Below are positions 24,067 through 38,619 of a DNA stretch of 64,000 nucleotides, piece by piece. This stretch comes from Mytilus trossulus (lineage: Eukaryota). Location of the stretch: assembly GCF_036588685.1 (NCBI RefSeq), contig NC_086382.1, positions 60,388,001 through 60,452,000 on the forward strand. Direction: 5' to 3'. Both the position numbers and the translations under genes were made by a program. The first letter of the stretch is position 1. The number at the start of each line of letters is the position of its first letter. The notes beneath the pieces were generated by a model. The model was not told the DNA's origin. It did not search any database and worked only from the letters and a program-made list of their open reading frames with translations.

Positions 24067-25529
24067 CTACCGCCTCCAGCAGTGGCTAACATGTAAAATT
24101 TAGGTATTTTCCCTAGTCCTGCCACCTCTAGTGTTTAGTTTCTTTTCAAACAATACATTATGTAATTTCCAAATACTTTACTCATTTTAAGTATAACTTT
24201 TGATAAGATTGCAGTGTGGCAGAGTTGCTTGGATGTTAATTTAGCTGGGTCCAGCAGTTGGTCAGTATATTATAATTTAGTTTACTAATGATCACTAGTA
24301 CATGTTTTAATGCATTGCTACTTAGTTTTATGTGACAGTGGCTGTTCTAGTGTTTTTATGCTTTCTTTTCTTATAGTTTGACACAAAAATTGACAGAAAC
24401 TTCTCTGTGGTTCAATGTACTGCTTTACAAAATGTCAATGAAACCGATGAATGGAGATGCTCATGGGGTATTTGAATATGGTGCGGTGTATAAGTGCACC
24501 TAAGACTTATTACTTCACTTCATTCAACTGATAATACCAATACATAAACCTGGATAATATTGATTGAACACATTCATAACGTAACTTTTATTTCATAAAA
24601 TTATCTGTTCAAATGGTTTCTTAATTTCTAAATTTGCGTAATGAGTGTCCAAAATTAGGGAAACCCCTGTTCTGAGAATTCCTCCAATGTCTAGTAATTT
24701 TGTGCCTGCCTTCCAAAAATAGCTTATTTTGAATAACAGAAAGATTTTCTGTTACGAAATATAGCTCACTTTGAACCAATTTTAGGATGCGGAAAAAATT
24801 AAAAAAAATGATCTGATATAATAAAAATTGGCCAAATAATGTAAATTACAGGAATGCAGTTATTATTGAAATCTTGAACTAATCAATTTAATTCTTTTTT
24901 ATCCCTTCGGAAGGCTAAAACAATTACAAGAACGATTTTATTTGTTTTACCATGTTGATATGACGAAATCAGCTAATATGCGGTATCACTGGCATCACAG
25001 ACACCAGGACTTCAGTGTACATGATTATTTACTTGTCTTGATACAAAAAGTGTCCTCTGTAGCATAGAGGGAATTAAGTTTTACCCTAGTGTCTGTCTGT
25101 ATGTCTCAAAATAATGTTACTGTTCTCTAATTTCAGTTTGCCTCAACCAAAATGTCATGAAAATAAATTATATATATACCCTTTACAAACATGACAAATG
25201 GAAAAATTGCTGATTTTTTTTGTTTTGTTCCCCGAATTATTAGTTTGCCCCAACCAAATATTATGAAACACTTTTTACCACAAAAGGCAGATAAGGTTTG
25301 AATAAGGATGGAATCACTTTTATCTTTCTAGAGTTATGCCCCATTTACCATGTTTACAAATTTATGGAAAAATTGCTGATTTTTCTTTATTTCTGTTCTC
25401 TAATTAACTTTAGTTTGCCCTAACATAACATAATGAAATTTCTACACAATGCTTATTAATTACAAATGTACCACAGACACTCAGATCAAGTATGAATTTG
25501 GGTAGTGTTACGCCTACAATATAATTTAA

Positions 25530-25975
25530 AAAAGAAGATGTGGTATGATTGCCAATGAGACAACTATCAATAAATACCAAAATGACACAAACATTAACAA
25601 TTATAGGTCACCGTACAGACTTCAACAATGAGCAAAGCCCATACCGCATATAGTCAGCTTTAAAAGGCCCCGTTAAGACAATGTAAAACAATTTAAGCGA
25701 GAAAACTAACGGCCTTATTTATGTATAAAAATGAACGAAAAACAAATATGTAACGCATAAACAAACGACAACCACTGAATTACAGTCTCCTGACTAGGGA
25801 CAGGCACATACATAAATAATGTGGCGGGGTTAAACATGTTAGCGGGATCCCAACCCTCCCCCTAACCTGGGACAGTAGTATAACAGTACAACATACGAAC
25901 GAACTATAAAAATCAGTTGAAAAAGGCTTAACTCATCAGATAGACAAAAAATAAAAGTGGACGTGGCCGGGTACA
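25530..25975 (-). repeat. Abundant dispersed repeat (AAGAAGATGTGGTATGATTGCCAATGAGACAAC...), apparently the 3' end of the Penelope-like element at 58.5-59.7 kb
   Basis: Colinear with 58517-58880. Shorter copies at about 22325-22500 (opposite strand), 35780-35970, 42850-42990, 46895-47095, 56860-57050 and 61765-61960. Confidence 0.7.
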
Positions 25976-27797
25976 ATGTATATCATGTATTTTTTTTGGG
26001 TTATGCATATGGCTCTTTATAAATTTATATGCCAATGGGGGCATCATTTGTGTCCTATGGACTCATTGCCCATTTATTTTAGTTATACCTGGTAGTCCTT
26101 GTACCTAGTGGATAAATACAATATGTGCAAAGCAGGGGAGCTGGAAATCAATTGTTTTATTTTGCTTTTTACCTATAAATAGAAGTCTAAGTTTTATATA
26201 CATATAGATAGAAGAGCAAACTATAAAAGCCCCAAAAATGATAAGTATAAAACCATTCAAACAGGAAAACTAACAGTCTCTAATCTATATAAAAAACAAG
26301 AAACACTTAATATTGTATGTATATTTCAAAACAATGATACACATGTATATGATTTTAATAAGTCAATTAATCTCATATAAGTCAAAAATATCAAATAAAT
26401 TTTTCTTCAAGTCCCCAAGTTATAAAAATACACTTTAAAAAGCCATGGTTAATACACTTACAAACTGTGATAAGATTAGGGACTGTTATCTGATTTTTTT
26501 TTTAGAGAAAATTAATTGCAATGTAAGTCATGAACTTTTCAAGATAAATTACAATCATGGTTATTCATACATATGTTTGTAAAAGAACCACATACATGTA
26601 TCTTTTTAATTCTCAGAAAAGTTACATTGTCATAGGGGATCGATGTATCCTTCTCATAAATTTTAAGTAAGTGTTTCATCCTGTCATAAGAAAAATAGAT
26701 TGACCTGAACAAGCCTGTATCTTTCCAACTAAGACAAGTGAAAAAAATATAAAGTGATCAATCTTTTATCATAATACATAATTTGACTCAAGTCAGTTTA
26801 ATTATTTAGATAAAAATATTTGGTTTAAGGGGAGACAACACTGTAAAATTTCTGGTATTTTGTTGGAAAGGAATATTGAAACCTAATAAATACATGTACA
26901 TGTATATAGCTTATTTTACAACCAATGGATTATACATGTAACATTACTGCATATAATTACTAAGACATTCAGTCAGTATAGGCCATTAAATTTTGTATCT
27001 TTGCAAAGTCTACATTTTTATCTGTTATGGTTCACCAGAATGACCAGTGTCCCAGAAATTTTCATAAGTGGGGGCCCACTGACTGCCTCAGAGAGGCACG
27101 CTCTAGTCATGCTTCAGTGATTCTGTATGTAATCATTTATTCTCTAAAAAGGAGGGACCTTGCCTTCTGCCCCTCTTATTGAATAAAATCTACCTTACAT
27201 GTAGGTCACCTGACCTTTACTTCATATCATGAATGATTGATCAAGGCTAAGCTTTCTTGTTTAAGTCTGTATTTCAGATTGTACTATAAGCAATACATAT
27301 TTGTATAGATTGAATGAATTTAAGACATGTAGTCATGTACAAAATTTACCAAAGTTAATCTGCATGACCTTGACTTCATTTTCTTCATTCATTTGTTAAT
27401 ATTATATTTTTGGGGTTACATGTATGTCTACATGTAGATCGATATCTGTTTCTAAGAAACTATAAAATTTACAAAAGGTCAACTATTTTTGGTGTATGGA
27501 TTTTTTAAAGGTGTTCATGTCCATTTGGCAGATTATAAGCTGACCTTGACAATTTTCAAGGTTTATGTGGTCAACATTGAGTTTTCGTGGTAAAAATTGT
27601 TTCTCAGAAACTTGAATTTATGTATGAAATTATAATCATAAGGTGTATATATATCTGTCTGACCGAGTTCAGATGACCAGTGTTTCTCTCACTTCTAATG
27701 ATGTATGCTTAGTACAGAATAAGCTAATTTTGAAGTCTTTGGAATTGACCAAATCAAGCCTAACCTACAACCTTGCACACGCTAATTGAACTCACTG

Positions 27798-28940
27798 CCA
27801 TGCGTGTCTGAGGTGATTCTTCATCTGAAATGAGATTCAGTGGCCCCCTGGATCCGTCTATTACATTGAAAGTATATAATTTGGATTCTGCTGTCCAATG
27901 TGAATCATTAATACATAATGAACTAAGTCCGATAACAGATTATTAACTCTGAGATTCCTACTCTGACATCAAACTGCTGTTTTGCCATACAAGCTGGGCT
28001 GTCGGACTAATAAAAAAGTACTTCTAGATCATGTTGATGTACAATGTATATACTAAAGAGTGAAATCAAGATTGCTTGATTGATTGACCATATTGCTTGA
28101 TTCTGGGTGTTTTAAACTCTAGCTGGCTGTACATAATCAAGGGGATAGAAATTAACACAAAGTTTCAGTAATACATGTACATATAAATCATATGTTCATG
28201 ATCAGTTGATCAAGAAGTATCAGACTCCAGACAGCTGACCAGTTAAGTTAGTTCAACTTCATGTGACTAAATAGATAAATACTATAGCTTATATTCTGAT
28301 GATGTAAATGAAGAATGTTTCTTAAAAAAAATCACAGTGGCAGATCCAGGGGGAGGAAGTTCCTGGGGTTGTACCATGCGTGACTGAGGTGATTCTTCAT
28401 CTGATATGACCTTCAGTGGCCATCTGGATCCGCCTATTACATTGAAAGTATATAATTGGGATTCTGCTGTCCAATGTGAATCATTAATACAGAATGAACT
28501 AAGTCTGATTACAGATTATTAACTCTGAGATTCCTTACTCTGACATCAAACTGCTGTTTTGCCATACAAGCGGGGCTGTCGGACTAATAAAAAGTACTTC
28601 TAGATCATGTTGATGTACAATGTATATACTAAAGAGTGAAATCAAGATTGCTTGATTGATTGACCATATTGCTTGATTCTTGGTGTTTTAAGCTCTAGCT
28701 GGCTGTACATAATCAAGGGGATAGAAATTAACACAAAGTTTCAGTAATACAATGTACATATAAATCATATGTTCATGATCAGTTGATCAAGAAGTATCAG
28801 ACTCCAGACAGCTGACCAGTTAAGTAAGTTCAGCTTCATGTGACTTAGATAAATACTATAGCTTATATTCTGATGATGTAAAGGGAGAATGTTTCTTAAA
28901 AAAATCTCAGTGGCAAATACAGGGGGAGGAGGTTCCAAGG
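27798..28940. repeat. Recent direct tandem duplication, period about 576 bp
   Basis: CCATGCGTG[T/A]CTGAGGTGATTCTTCATCTGA at 27798 and 28374; near-identical through both units. Confidence 0.9.
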
Positions 28941-30919
28941 GGCTGAACCCCCCTTCTTTTTGGACAATTAATATCAATGCATATGAATGATATGAATGGG
29001 GACATATGGTTGTGAACCCCCCCCCCAAATATCTTAAAAAGCTTATTTTTAAAGTCAAAACATATTTATTTATTTTGAAAGGAAGTTGACTTAAGGAAGG
29101 GTACATGTATATACGTCAAGGGTTTATCATGTTTACATCTGATCTATCATATGAGTAAATACAAGTAGGTAACTAAGATGTTGTAGGTGTCAACGTAAGG
29201 ATAGGAAATACATACAATATATCAGGTTTGTCTTCAGTTGACCTTCAACTTACATTTTTGTACTCTTAAACAATAAAACTATTTTACATTCATGATATTT
29301 GTATGTCTACATTTTTGTATCGATCTGGGTCAATTCAATTTAAATTGTTCTAAAAGGTAGGTGATATATGATTGAAATGTTGAATGAAGTTCTATAAAAG
29401 AATGTCAATTATTTAAATCTTTAGTTAAACAGATCAACTTGAACTTTATGCGTATGAATTTAATTTTAGATTTAACAATATGAAAATTTCAGCAAAAAAA
29501 ATGGTAATGGTAGATTTGTTTTTGTCTTTGTTCAAAAATAGTTACATGTACTTCATGTTTTCAAAATACTGTGAATTATAGTATAGTTATTTATATCCCC
29601 AAAAAAATGGATGTATATGGATATTAATGTAAAAAAATATATATGGAATAGTTGATCTATATATATAAAAAAAAGATGTCCCAGTATGATTGCTTAAATG
29701 AGACAATTGTCAACCAGAGATCAATTGATGCAGAAGTTTGCAAACATAGGTCTTCAGTCTAATGATTTAGTACTTAAGAACCACAAAATGTATGTGTATT
29801 ATTTAACCTCAGAAATGAAGGTACATGTATATTGTACATACATTTGTATTATGTACACAGTGTAGGCCTGGATCTGTTACTTTGATTAGCTTGATATCAG
29901 ACACAAAACATGTAGTATGAATGAATTAAATGAATTGATAAATGTATAATGTACCACATTTGAAGACCATCAAAAAGTATTTACCGTAAAGTATTAAATA
30001 TATCTAGGTCACCCTAATGAAATTGTTTATTTAATCATTGCCTTTAATGTATTACCTTTTATATATAGGGTGTAATATATATATTTAAGGGGAGCATTGA
30101 CATGTGGATTGTTTTCATGGTAGAGTTAATTTATTTTGCATATTTAAATGAAGGCATCATCTACTTAAAGTTACAGTTTTACAATTAGTAGCCAGTTAAA
30201 TTGAAATTTTAGCAGTATAAGTTCATAACATAAGGTGATAAAAGGTCAACAGGAAAACAATTAGTTAAATTTCTAAATTTTACGGCAAATCTTGAATCAT
30301 CATCAACTATTGTAAGATTATGAGGAAAAAGAAACAAATTTATTTCCTCTAAATATTTATTATTAAGCATATTTAAAAGTAAGTAAGCAAAATGTGTTGT
30401 CGATATATATGAAATAATTTTTCCATGACCATGATTAAGGTTTAAATACAATTTGATCTAAACATTTTTTTTGAAGGAATAATGTACTTTAGTAAATTCT
30501 ATACACAATACATTTTTTTTTGTATGTATTGTGTATAGAATTTACTTAATTATTTTACCCCTTGTTAATTGTTTTTACTATGCCCCATTTATGGGCATTA
30601 TATGTTTTCTAGTATGTGGTCTGTAGTCCCCCACTATATGTGTAGCTATCCACTTGCATTTGTGGATAGTGAGGACTGGCTTTTGTCAGACTAGATAAAG
30701 CTTTCCCTGAGAAGTTTTGTCAAATTTTTTGACAGCTTTGGTTGATGATTCCAACTTGGACTGAGCCTGAATTTTACTACTCTGCAATTGTGAGAATAAA
30801 ACACTTATAAACACAGTAGTTAAATATGTACAGAATCTTTACTGAGAGATATAAAATATATTTTTATTTGTTGTTCACTTTTATTTATTTCTATTTCTAT
30901 TTTAAGAGAATAACATATC

Positions 30920-33900
30920 ATGCCTGAGCAGGAAGCAGAAGATTTTGTTGATGGATTTCCTAACAACAACAGTAATGATCATGTAAACAGGGGACCAGAA
31001 GATTATTTACGTTATGAACATTATAGACTGGAAACATTTGACAACTGGCCTGTGACTGCAAATGTAGATAAATATTCATTAGCCAAAAATGGATTTTGTT
31101 ACCTTGGTGATGGTGACAGGGTGAAGTGTATTTTCTGTAATATTATTCTTAAAAAATGGTTGCGTGGGGACAGTGTTGTAGCCGAACATAAGAAACACGC
31201 TCCTCATTGTCCATTGATCCTTAATCCTGAGACTGCTGGAAATATTCCACACCAAGATGATGTTAGGTCAAACAATCGACCCATCAATCCAAAACATTCA
31301 GAATATAAAAACAGGGAAATTAGATTGAAGTCGTTCAATGGATGGCCATCAGATAAAAAACAAACACCTGAAGATTTGGCTTGCGCTGGATTTTTCTATT
31401 TAGGTAAAATAGCTTCTTTTTGTTAAAGCCTGAGGTTTCAGTAGTGAGTACATGTACATGTGCATGCACAAAGAATATCTTTATGATTTGAATTGAAATT
31501 TTATAGTTTATGAGAAGCATATCATACATGATGTAACATTTGTATATTCAGTATGAAAGCAATATCTTATGCTCAGCAATACACAGTTGGACAATCTGGT
31601 AAATGTTGGTTAAATTAATCTCTACCTCTAAAGTCTGAGATGAGATCTTTATCAATAGTTAACTCATAATTTATAAAGCTTGGTTGAAATTTGTAGCAAA
31701 TTAATTTACTGAGTTCTTAAAACTTTCTTTCAATGTTTACTTTCTTTCTAGTTCACAAGACTTTTAGGGGCTGTAATAATCTAATAAAAATGTAATTATG
31801 ATTTGCCATGAAAAAAAATCTGTGATTTTAACATGACAAAAAAATCTGAAACATTGAGAAAAGAGGGTCTATAAAATTATGCAAAATTTATTAATTTATA
31901 ATTTATTGTAAGTAATTTTTATAATTATTTGAAAGAAATTTCAAATGTCAAGTCAGAATAAAATTTTAAATTTTAGAATGTTTTATGTCTCTATTGAAAG
32001 TTACTTACAGTTGAAATTAAAATAATTGTTTCCTTTTTTACTTTAGGAACTGGTGATTCTGTGAAGTGTTTCCATTGTGGTGGGTTATTAAGGTACTGGG
32101 ATGATCCTGATGTACCCTGGGAAGAACACAAACGTTGGTTCCCCGCTTGTCCTTTCATTACTGAGAATGGTCAAGATGATCAACAAGACTTAAAAAAGAA
32201 GAGAACTGAACAATATCGGAATATAGCAAGGCGAAATGGATATACTGAAGACCTACTGAATATTCATAAAGAATATGTGATACAAAATGGATGTAAGACA
32301 TGTATTCAGAGATATCATCCTCAATCAATGCAAACATAAATATTAGAAATCTTGCTAGAGGTTTAGGGGAAGCTTCGAGATCTCACAAAACATATTTTAT
32401 CTGCGACATTTTATGCACCTGTCCTAAGTAAGAAGCCTCTGGCTTTTGTTAGTCTTAAATGTTTTTTAAGCTTATTTCATCTATACATGTATTTTTTGCA
32501 GCCCCGGTATAAAGTCCATTTTCCCTGAACTAGTACACTTTTTTGTTTAGGAGCCTTTTGAAGCCCGTACCTGTGTGCAGGAGTTTCTCCCTGTGTTGAA
32601 GACTCATTTGTGGTACATTGTGTATTTGGCTATTTTTTGCTCTTTGGCTCTTTCACACATGATCACCATTTCAGTTCTTAATTTTATTTGTTATAAAAAA
32701 CTTTTGAGGTCCTCTTTTTCTTCAGCTTTTTTAGCCAGAAATAGTAGGAATTTGAAGGCCATGTCAAAGTAGGGTACATGGTCTGTGGATTTTCAGTGCA
32801 CAGTTTTAAAGACATCTTTGTTAAAGGGGATCATTTATGACCCATTGACATCATTTCTATTGTTATAATACCTCTGTGAAATTGCATTCCATTTTTGTAG
32901 AAAGAGAAATCTGACGGGTATTTCTATTTTACCCATAATCTATTGTTGAAATTTTGTTTTTTGGTTTTCAGTTGACCTGATAATATGTTGTGTTACTGTC
33001 ATGAATGTAGTATTTATATATTTGCAGTTCCATGCCCTGAAAGTTATGAAGACCTTGTGGATGAATTAGAACAGTTGAGAGTCACCCAGGATTCACAACC
33101 CCCTGTCCAAGGTGCCACAGGTTACACAAGTAGTCAGCCCTTAAGAGAGGAACCACTTCCTCGTAATTCAGGTATGTCTTACCTTTGGTTAATAGCTGTG
33201 TTTAGCTCTGTACATTTCAAGAAAGACAACTACAGTGTGTTGATCAGTGAACAATGAAAGTTTGGTCACGGTCATGTGGCCCCAGTCAGATGGACATACA
33301 CACCTTACAATATTTTGTGGACTGGTTAAAACAACCTACATGTATCTGGAAATTGTAGTGTGTGTCAAATTTTCACTGTAGGCATTGTACTGTTGAGTGT
33401 ACATTTAAATGCGTTGTACAAGGACATGAATTTGCAAATAATATTCACAGAGATATCTTGTTCAACAAATTTCAATTTCCTATAGTCTTTGGCAAAACAT
33501 CTGAAATAAATATCCACGAAAATGGAAGTGATCTATCCATGACACAAAATCAGTATATGCACAACAAAACACACAAAAATTAGTATATGCACAACAAAAC
33601 ACACAAAAATCATAGTGCTTTTAATGCTGTTATTCATCTCAGTGAGGCCTTCAGCACAGCGCTAAACAATCTTAAATAAAATTGAGAATGGAAATGGGGA
33701 ATGTGTCAAAGAGACAACAACCCGACCATAGAAAAAACAACAGCAGAAGGTCATGAACAACTCATCAATGTAGCGAGAACTTCCCGCACCTGGAGGCATC
33801 CTTCAGCTGGCCCCTAAAAAATACACACTAGCTCAGTGACAATGAACATATAGTTTTTTGACAACTAAAAGTACCAGTAATAAGATAGATATAGGAAGAT

Positions 33901-34269
33901 GTGGTGTGAGTGCCAGTATGAGAAAACAATCAGTAAAAGGTTAACTATCATTCAGTTTAAGCCATTATCAAATTAATATGCCTGTGTTATATACTCACTG
34001 TTATTTTACTTACAGAAACGCCTGTGCAAGATCAAAATTCTAAAGGCAAAAGACCAGACTACAAGACACAGAAGAGTACCATTCAAGCTAATTGGAACAC
34101 AGATGAGAGATTCCAATGTAAAATATGTCTTGACAATCCTGTAGAAGTTTTATTTTTACCATGTAAACATGTGTGTTGTTGTCAAACTTGTAGCAATAAG
34201 TTGAAGGTGAAAGAATGTCCAATCTGTAGGGGGAAAATCAAAGCAATTCAACCACTGTATTTTGCCTAA
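30920..34269 (+). CDS. Inhibitor of apoptosis protein (IAP-2): BIR-BIR-UBA-like-RING, about 375 aa; exons 30920-31403, 32047-32292, 33028-33171, 34016-34269
   Basis: BIR1 CIFC..W..H..C, BIR2 CFHC..W..H..WFPAC, RING CKIC...PCKHVCCCQTC...CPICR. Same exon structure as IAP-1 (exon 2 is 246 nt in both). In-frame TAA just upstream of the ATG. Confidence 0.93.
33675..33850 (+). repeat. Dispersed repeat ATAAAATTGAGAATGGAAATGGGGAA...GAGACAACAACCCGACC; copies at about 14040-14130, 21620-21890 (-), 37965-38050 and 59735-59910
   Basis: Direct sequence similarity among copies. Confidence 0.7.
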
Positions 34270-36426
34270 TGATATAATTTATTATTTATTTGTGTATCTT
34301 GAAAAAAAGATAAGTTTATTTTAATAGTGCAAATATTTTACATTAAAGTGTTGATTTATGATAGAAGTCTTTCATAGTTATTAGAAAGTATAAACACATG
34401 AATGAGTAAAACATAATTCTTACTGTATTACAACCAATTATTAGTTACTATATTTGATATTTATAGATTATCGTTGATTATCTCAACGAGAATGATTTTC
34501 TCGCTTGAGCTGGAACAGCGAAAGTGAGAAAAGCAATCGAGTTGAGATGACCAATGATAGTCTGTTTATCGCTATTTTACCTATGACGACGTTGTCAATT
34601 TCAATGTCAATTTCGTTAACAACGCACTTGGCGTCCTTAGTTTCTAGCGATAATTTTTCCATCTCAAGCGAGTAGCATGATATGAAAATTATCACAAAAA
34701 AAGATCAAAGGAAAAATGCACAAAATAGCGATAACAATTATTACATATTGTTGGGATGGTTATTTCATCCACCTATTTATTGGATTGACAGCCTTTGAGT
34801 TTTTAATGGATCATGATATGAAAAGTAATCTTATTTGCAGAACTTCTATACATATTTTACCTTGTTTTACCTTTCTAATAATTTTAAACCATCTTATTTG
34901 ATAATGTGTATTGTATATAAAGTGACATTAACTTATTATGTACAATTTTTGCCCTTATTTTCTGATCAAAATGTAAGCCAGAAACAAAACAAAATATTGG
35001 AAGAAATTTAATGCTTTATTTAGTTTTTATTGAAGAAGGGTGCAATTTTAGCTATTTTGTTGTTAATCAAGAAATAATTTTATTATAGAAACTCACTATA
35101 TATATTACAAACAAAATCTAGAAGTTGTAGAACTATCATCTTGTCTAGTCAACTCAATAATCAAAGGGCATTACAATGATAATTAACAGTACTTTATTAC
35201 TTTTCCTTGTAATAGTCAACTCTTTAATTAATTTCTTTGTCTAAAAAAACCCACTGAAGTAGGATCAGTGTTTAGCAGGCAATTTTAAATATTTCACTTC
35301 TGAACAATGAATCAATCAAGATATGGTTTCATTATTTTTGTACTTGTTTTCTTGTTTAATATTTTTATTCAGAAGGAATATATCTAGCTCCTTAGGATTC
35401 TGTCTTCCATTTGCCTTGTGTTTGTGATAGAACCTACTTCTGTTTGCAATGATGTTTTATAATCTATAAGCTGTTCAGTTAAATGTCATGAAAAAGATTT
35501 CAGCTTTAAAGAAAGTAAGTTAAGCATTAAAATCTTATTTTCGACCTTGAATTAAATCTTGTAGGATACAGATAAGTAATAATACTTATAATACTTATCC
35601 ACTGATTTAGGAAAGTATCAACTTTTGTAAAAAAAAAACTAAATAAAAAATGATTTCACAAGAATAACTCAATGGATGCATCATTAGATCTCTGTACAAC
35701 GATTTGCAACATCATTGCAAAATTTTGGCCAGGGAGGCTGATGTTCAGTCATCTATAATAATGGCCTGAATAGATATAAGAAGATGTGATGTGAGTACCA
35801 ATGAGACAACTCTCCATTAAAATAACAATTTATAAAAGTAAATCATTATAGGTCAATGTACGGCCTTCAACACAGAGCCTAGGCTCACAACGAACAACAA
35901 GCTATAAAGGAAAGGGCCCCAAAATTTCAAGTGTAAAACCATTCAAACAGGGAAAGTAAGGGTTTAGTCTGAATGTATGAAATAGATAATATAATGTATA
36001 TTATATAATTATATTTTATGTAGTGCTTATTTATATTAAGCCTTAATCAAAATATGTAAATTTTAGAGACAATTATATTATTGTAATAAACACCTGAATA
36101 GAAAATGTGTTTTGTTTTATGCGCATATCTTGACCCTATGAGTTATTGCCATCACTTTGCATCAGTCTATTGCTGTTATCATTCAGTATCTGCTTCTATC
36201 TGTGATCAGTTCTCTTAGATAAAGTTTTTTCAAAACCTTCATCTCTGAAACTGCTGAAGTAAATATCTTCAATCAAAATTTGGGGCCTCGGTGGTCAAAT
36301 AGAACAAAACTGCAGCTTTTTGCTTTATATGTGACATAATACAAAACTGACATAGAGAAAATTACTAGATCTTTTTCTTCTTAATCTAACAATTTATTTT
36401 GGGGTTATGGCTGTATTTAATCAAAT

Positions 36427-37000
36427 GAGTAGGTCCAGTAAGGGCTGATTTTGGCCTTAAATTTCAGGTTCACCTAACGAAATATTTTGGACATCTTTTA
36501 AATACTTAAAAGTGTCTATTTCAATTGATTCAATTAGTTTATGTGAAAGATTTCAACTGACTTAGTCATTAAAAATGCTCTGATTTAGGCTTAAATATGA
36601 AAAACTATCAAATATTCAAAAAATCGTCACTTTTCAGATGGTATTTGTCAAAAATGGAAGTGGCTGCATCTGTGTTCATCTTCAACCTTTATATATGTTA
36701 TGTATTATCATCAAATGCAACTTAAATTTCAATGTTATGAGTGAACACAAATGCGGGCACTTTCATTTAAGACGGAAACTGTCTAAAATTTAACTAAAAT
36801 GCTAAAATTGAGAAGATTTCAGTAATTTAGCATGACTTTATGATGTTAGTAACCAATACATGTGCATTGGTTTGTCAAAAACAGCCCATATTTGTGTAGA
36901 AGTATTCTAATCCAATGAATAGCTACAAGATTACATTTTCTCAATTTTGTAAAACTGCTAAATTTTGGGGCCAAAAAGGGGTCTTACTGAACCTACTCCT
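36427..37000. mobile_element. TIR element nested in a degenerate HINE-type repeat
   Basis: GAGTAGGTCCAGTAAG ... CTTACTGAACCTACTC inverted ends. Confidence 0.55.
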
Positions 37001-37599
37001 TTGGCAGCTTTTGGCTATTATCTTGATAGCTATTGTAAAGTATTTACAGTAAGCAAAATAATTAGCAAGATAAGATCTACAAGAATTTAACTAATGAAAA
37101 TTTTAAATTGACCAATTTACAGGGTTATCATATTAACCCAAGTTTATAATAAAAAAAGGCCAAAATCCAACTCAGTGTTTGAAAAATGCCTGGCTGTTGC
37201 TCATGTTTCAATGTTGCATATGTTTGTCAGGTGATTCAGGCTCACAGGATCCTCTAGTGTGCCTTATTTAAACAATAGACCAAAGCGCGGTGTAATGACT
37301 GTTTTCGGTCTCATAAGATCAGAGTGTTATCTTTGGGCTACACATTCCTGTTATTTTATACATTACTTGTATTTATAAAGTTGCACTTAAATATATCCAA
37401 ACCTAAAAAATCCGACGTATAGACCCTCTTTAAGATTCTGATTTTGCTTCACTCTTAATGAAATGCGTCTTCAAAAAGTTGTGAGACAAACATTTCATTG
37501 GTTGAGATTATGATCATCAGAACAGAAATCCAAAAGGAGCCTTTTTAGATTGATTTTATGTTCAAAAGATCGATTAATTATTCAGAGCTTTGTCTATGC

Positions 37600-38460
37600 A
37601 AAAGGTGATTTTAGGTATACATAATATTTCTTGTTTTGGTTAAAGCAATCTGATTTTGTGAAGAACAACACGGTTTCTATCAAAAAGTACAGTGAAGGTA
37701 ATATCAAAATGCATATTTTAATCGACAAATATGAGTTTTGAGGATTGATATTCAAACAGACCTTCTGTATTTCAAATGGTTCTAATTGTGCATCTCTTCT
37801 GACCGACTTGTTTTTGATAGAGAATTCATTCAACATCTTCTAAAAGACAAAATGAGAACCTTCCAAAATTCTTTAATTTTACTTTCAGATATGTTGATGG
37901 TGTCCTATCACTGAGTAACCCATATTTCAGTACTTTCATTTGGAATATTCCAGTGAACTTGAAATTAATAAAATTGAAAATGGTGATAGGGAACGTGCCA
38001 AAGAGACAACAACCCGACCATAGAACAGACAACAACAAAAGGTCACCAATATGTCTCAATAAGGATACTACTGATACTAGAAGGACTGCTTCATACCTTG
38101 ATCTTTTCCTCAATATTGACATAGATGGACGACTTCACACTAAAATCCAGAACAAAAGGGATGATTTCAACTTCCAAATGATCAATTTCTCACTTCTCAG
38201 CAGGATCATATCTGCTTCTCTGAGAATGGTGTTGTTTGCATATTTCTATTGATGAGTTACTCTCATGCATGTTCCTACTACACCAACTTCATATGCAGGA
38301 GTGTGCTCCTTACGCAGAAACTGCCCCACCAGAGATACGAGGGGGGGAGATTGAAAATGACACTCCATAATTGTTTTTGGACACCATCCGCTTTGGTTAA
38401 TCTATACGCTGCGTCTATGTCTAAACTGGCTAGTGACATTTTCACCACGTCTAAAATAAT
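37600..38460 (+). pseudogene. Degenerate Penelope-like RT fragment
   Basis: Broken frames give GSNCASLLTDLF, FRYVDGVLSL, ASYLDL, LHTKIQNKRDDFNF and LLTQKL. Interrupted by a short repeat at 37965-38050. Confidence 0.75.
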
Positions 38461-38619
38461 AGAACATCTATGTTGTCTGTCTGCTAAGTCCTGTATGACT
38501 GTAATACCGGGTGTAAATTTGCACTGCTATACGACATATCTCGGAAGTTTATACATCTAACATTCATGTATTTATTTTTAGGCAGTTAAGCTGCCTTATG
38601 CGAGCACCCTGAATTTGTG

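Noticed and set aside
24378-24480. Possible upstream coding exon (MSMKPMNGDAHGVFEY) for IAP-2
   Set aside because: Cannot join in frame to ATG 30920 (phase mismatch, in-frame TAA). At most a 5' UTR exon or uORF.
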